Below are positions 33,950 to 33,950 of a stretch of DNA of 33,950 nucleotides, in pieces. This DNA comes from Elusimicrobiota bacterium (GTDB taxonomy: Bacteria; CG03; SLGR01; JBDRKX01). The stretch is taken from the NCBI GenBank assembly GCA_043813605.1, contig JBDRKX010000049.1:1-33950 (forward strand). The letters are read 5' to 3'. The notes beneath the pieces are model-generated. The model had not been told where the DNA came from and did no database searches. It saw nothing but the letters and a program-made list of their open reading frames with translations. The position numbers and the translations under genes are program-made. Every line of letters begins with the position of its first letter. The stretch's first letter is position 1.

Positions 33950-33950
33950 G

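Noticed and set aside
1..33950. CRISPR array, tRNA/rRNA, promoters or terminators
   Set aside because: No short regularly spaced repeats or RNA gene signatures were seen, and there is no intergenic space.

Overview
The whole window is the interior of one giant minus-strand reading frame (2..33949, 11,316 codons, open at both ends). The ORF track misses it because the frame has no stop inside the window; the listed short ORFs are best read as antisense or off-frame shadows. Hand translation gives this N-to-C mosaic: NagB-like C-terminus, His/Cys-rich linker and TM segment, HExxH zincin, unknown domain X (copy 1), PrmA-like methyltransferase, complete RecJ with a ~270-aa insertion, TM module A, internal Tat signal plus a His/Cys protease-like domain, TM module B, second methyltransferase-like domain, HipA/PI3K-like kinase, Ser/Thr kinase-like domain, TM module C, long helical region, domain X (copy 2), GNAT, second zincin, helical repeats plus an unknown Cys-motif domain, DUF3793-like, nucleotidyltransferase, DUF1285-like, HPr, TM module D, HEAT repeats, MoxR/midasin-type AAA+ ATPase. 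This architecture resembles the giant multi-enzyme proteins of Candidatus Omnitrophota (taxonomy is inference only). The most striking structure is a recurring membrane module with E/H/HxxxN motifs reminiscent of CPBP intramembrane proteases; three copies are recent, mosaic DNA repeats that bracket cargo of very different GC content. Domain calls come from motifs read by eye, not database searches, and boundaries are approximate. No RNA genes, CRISPR arrays or IS elements were seen.
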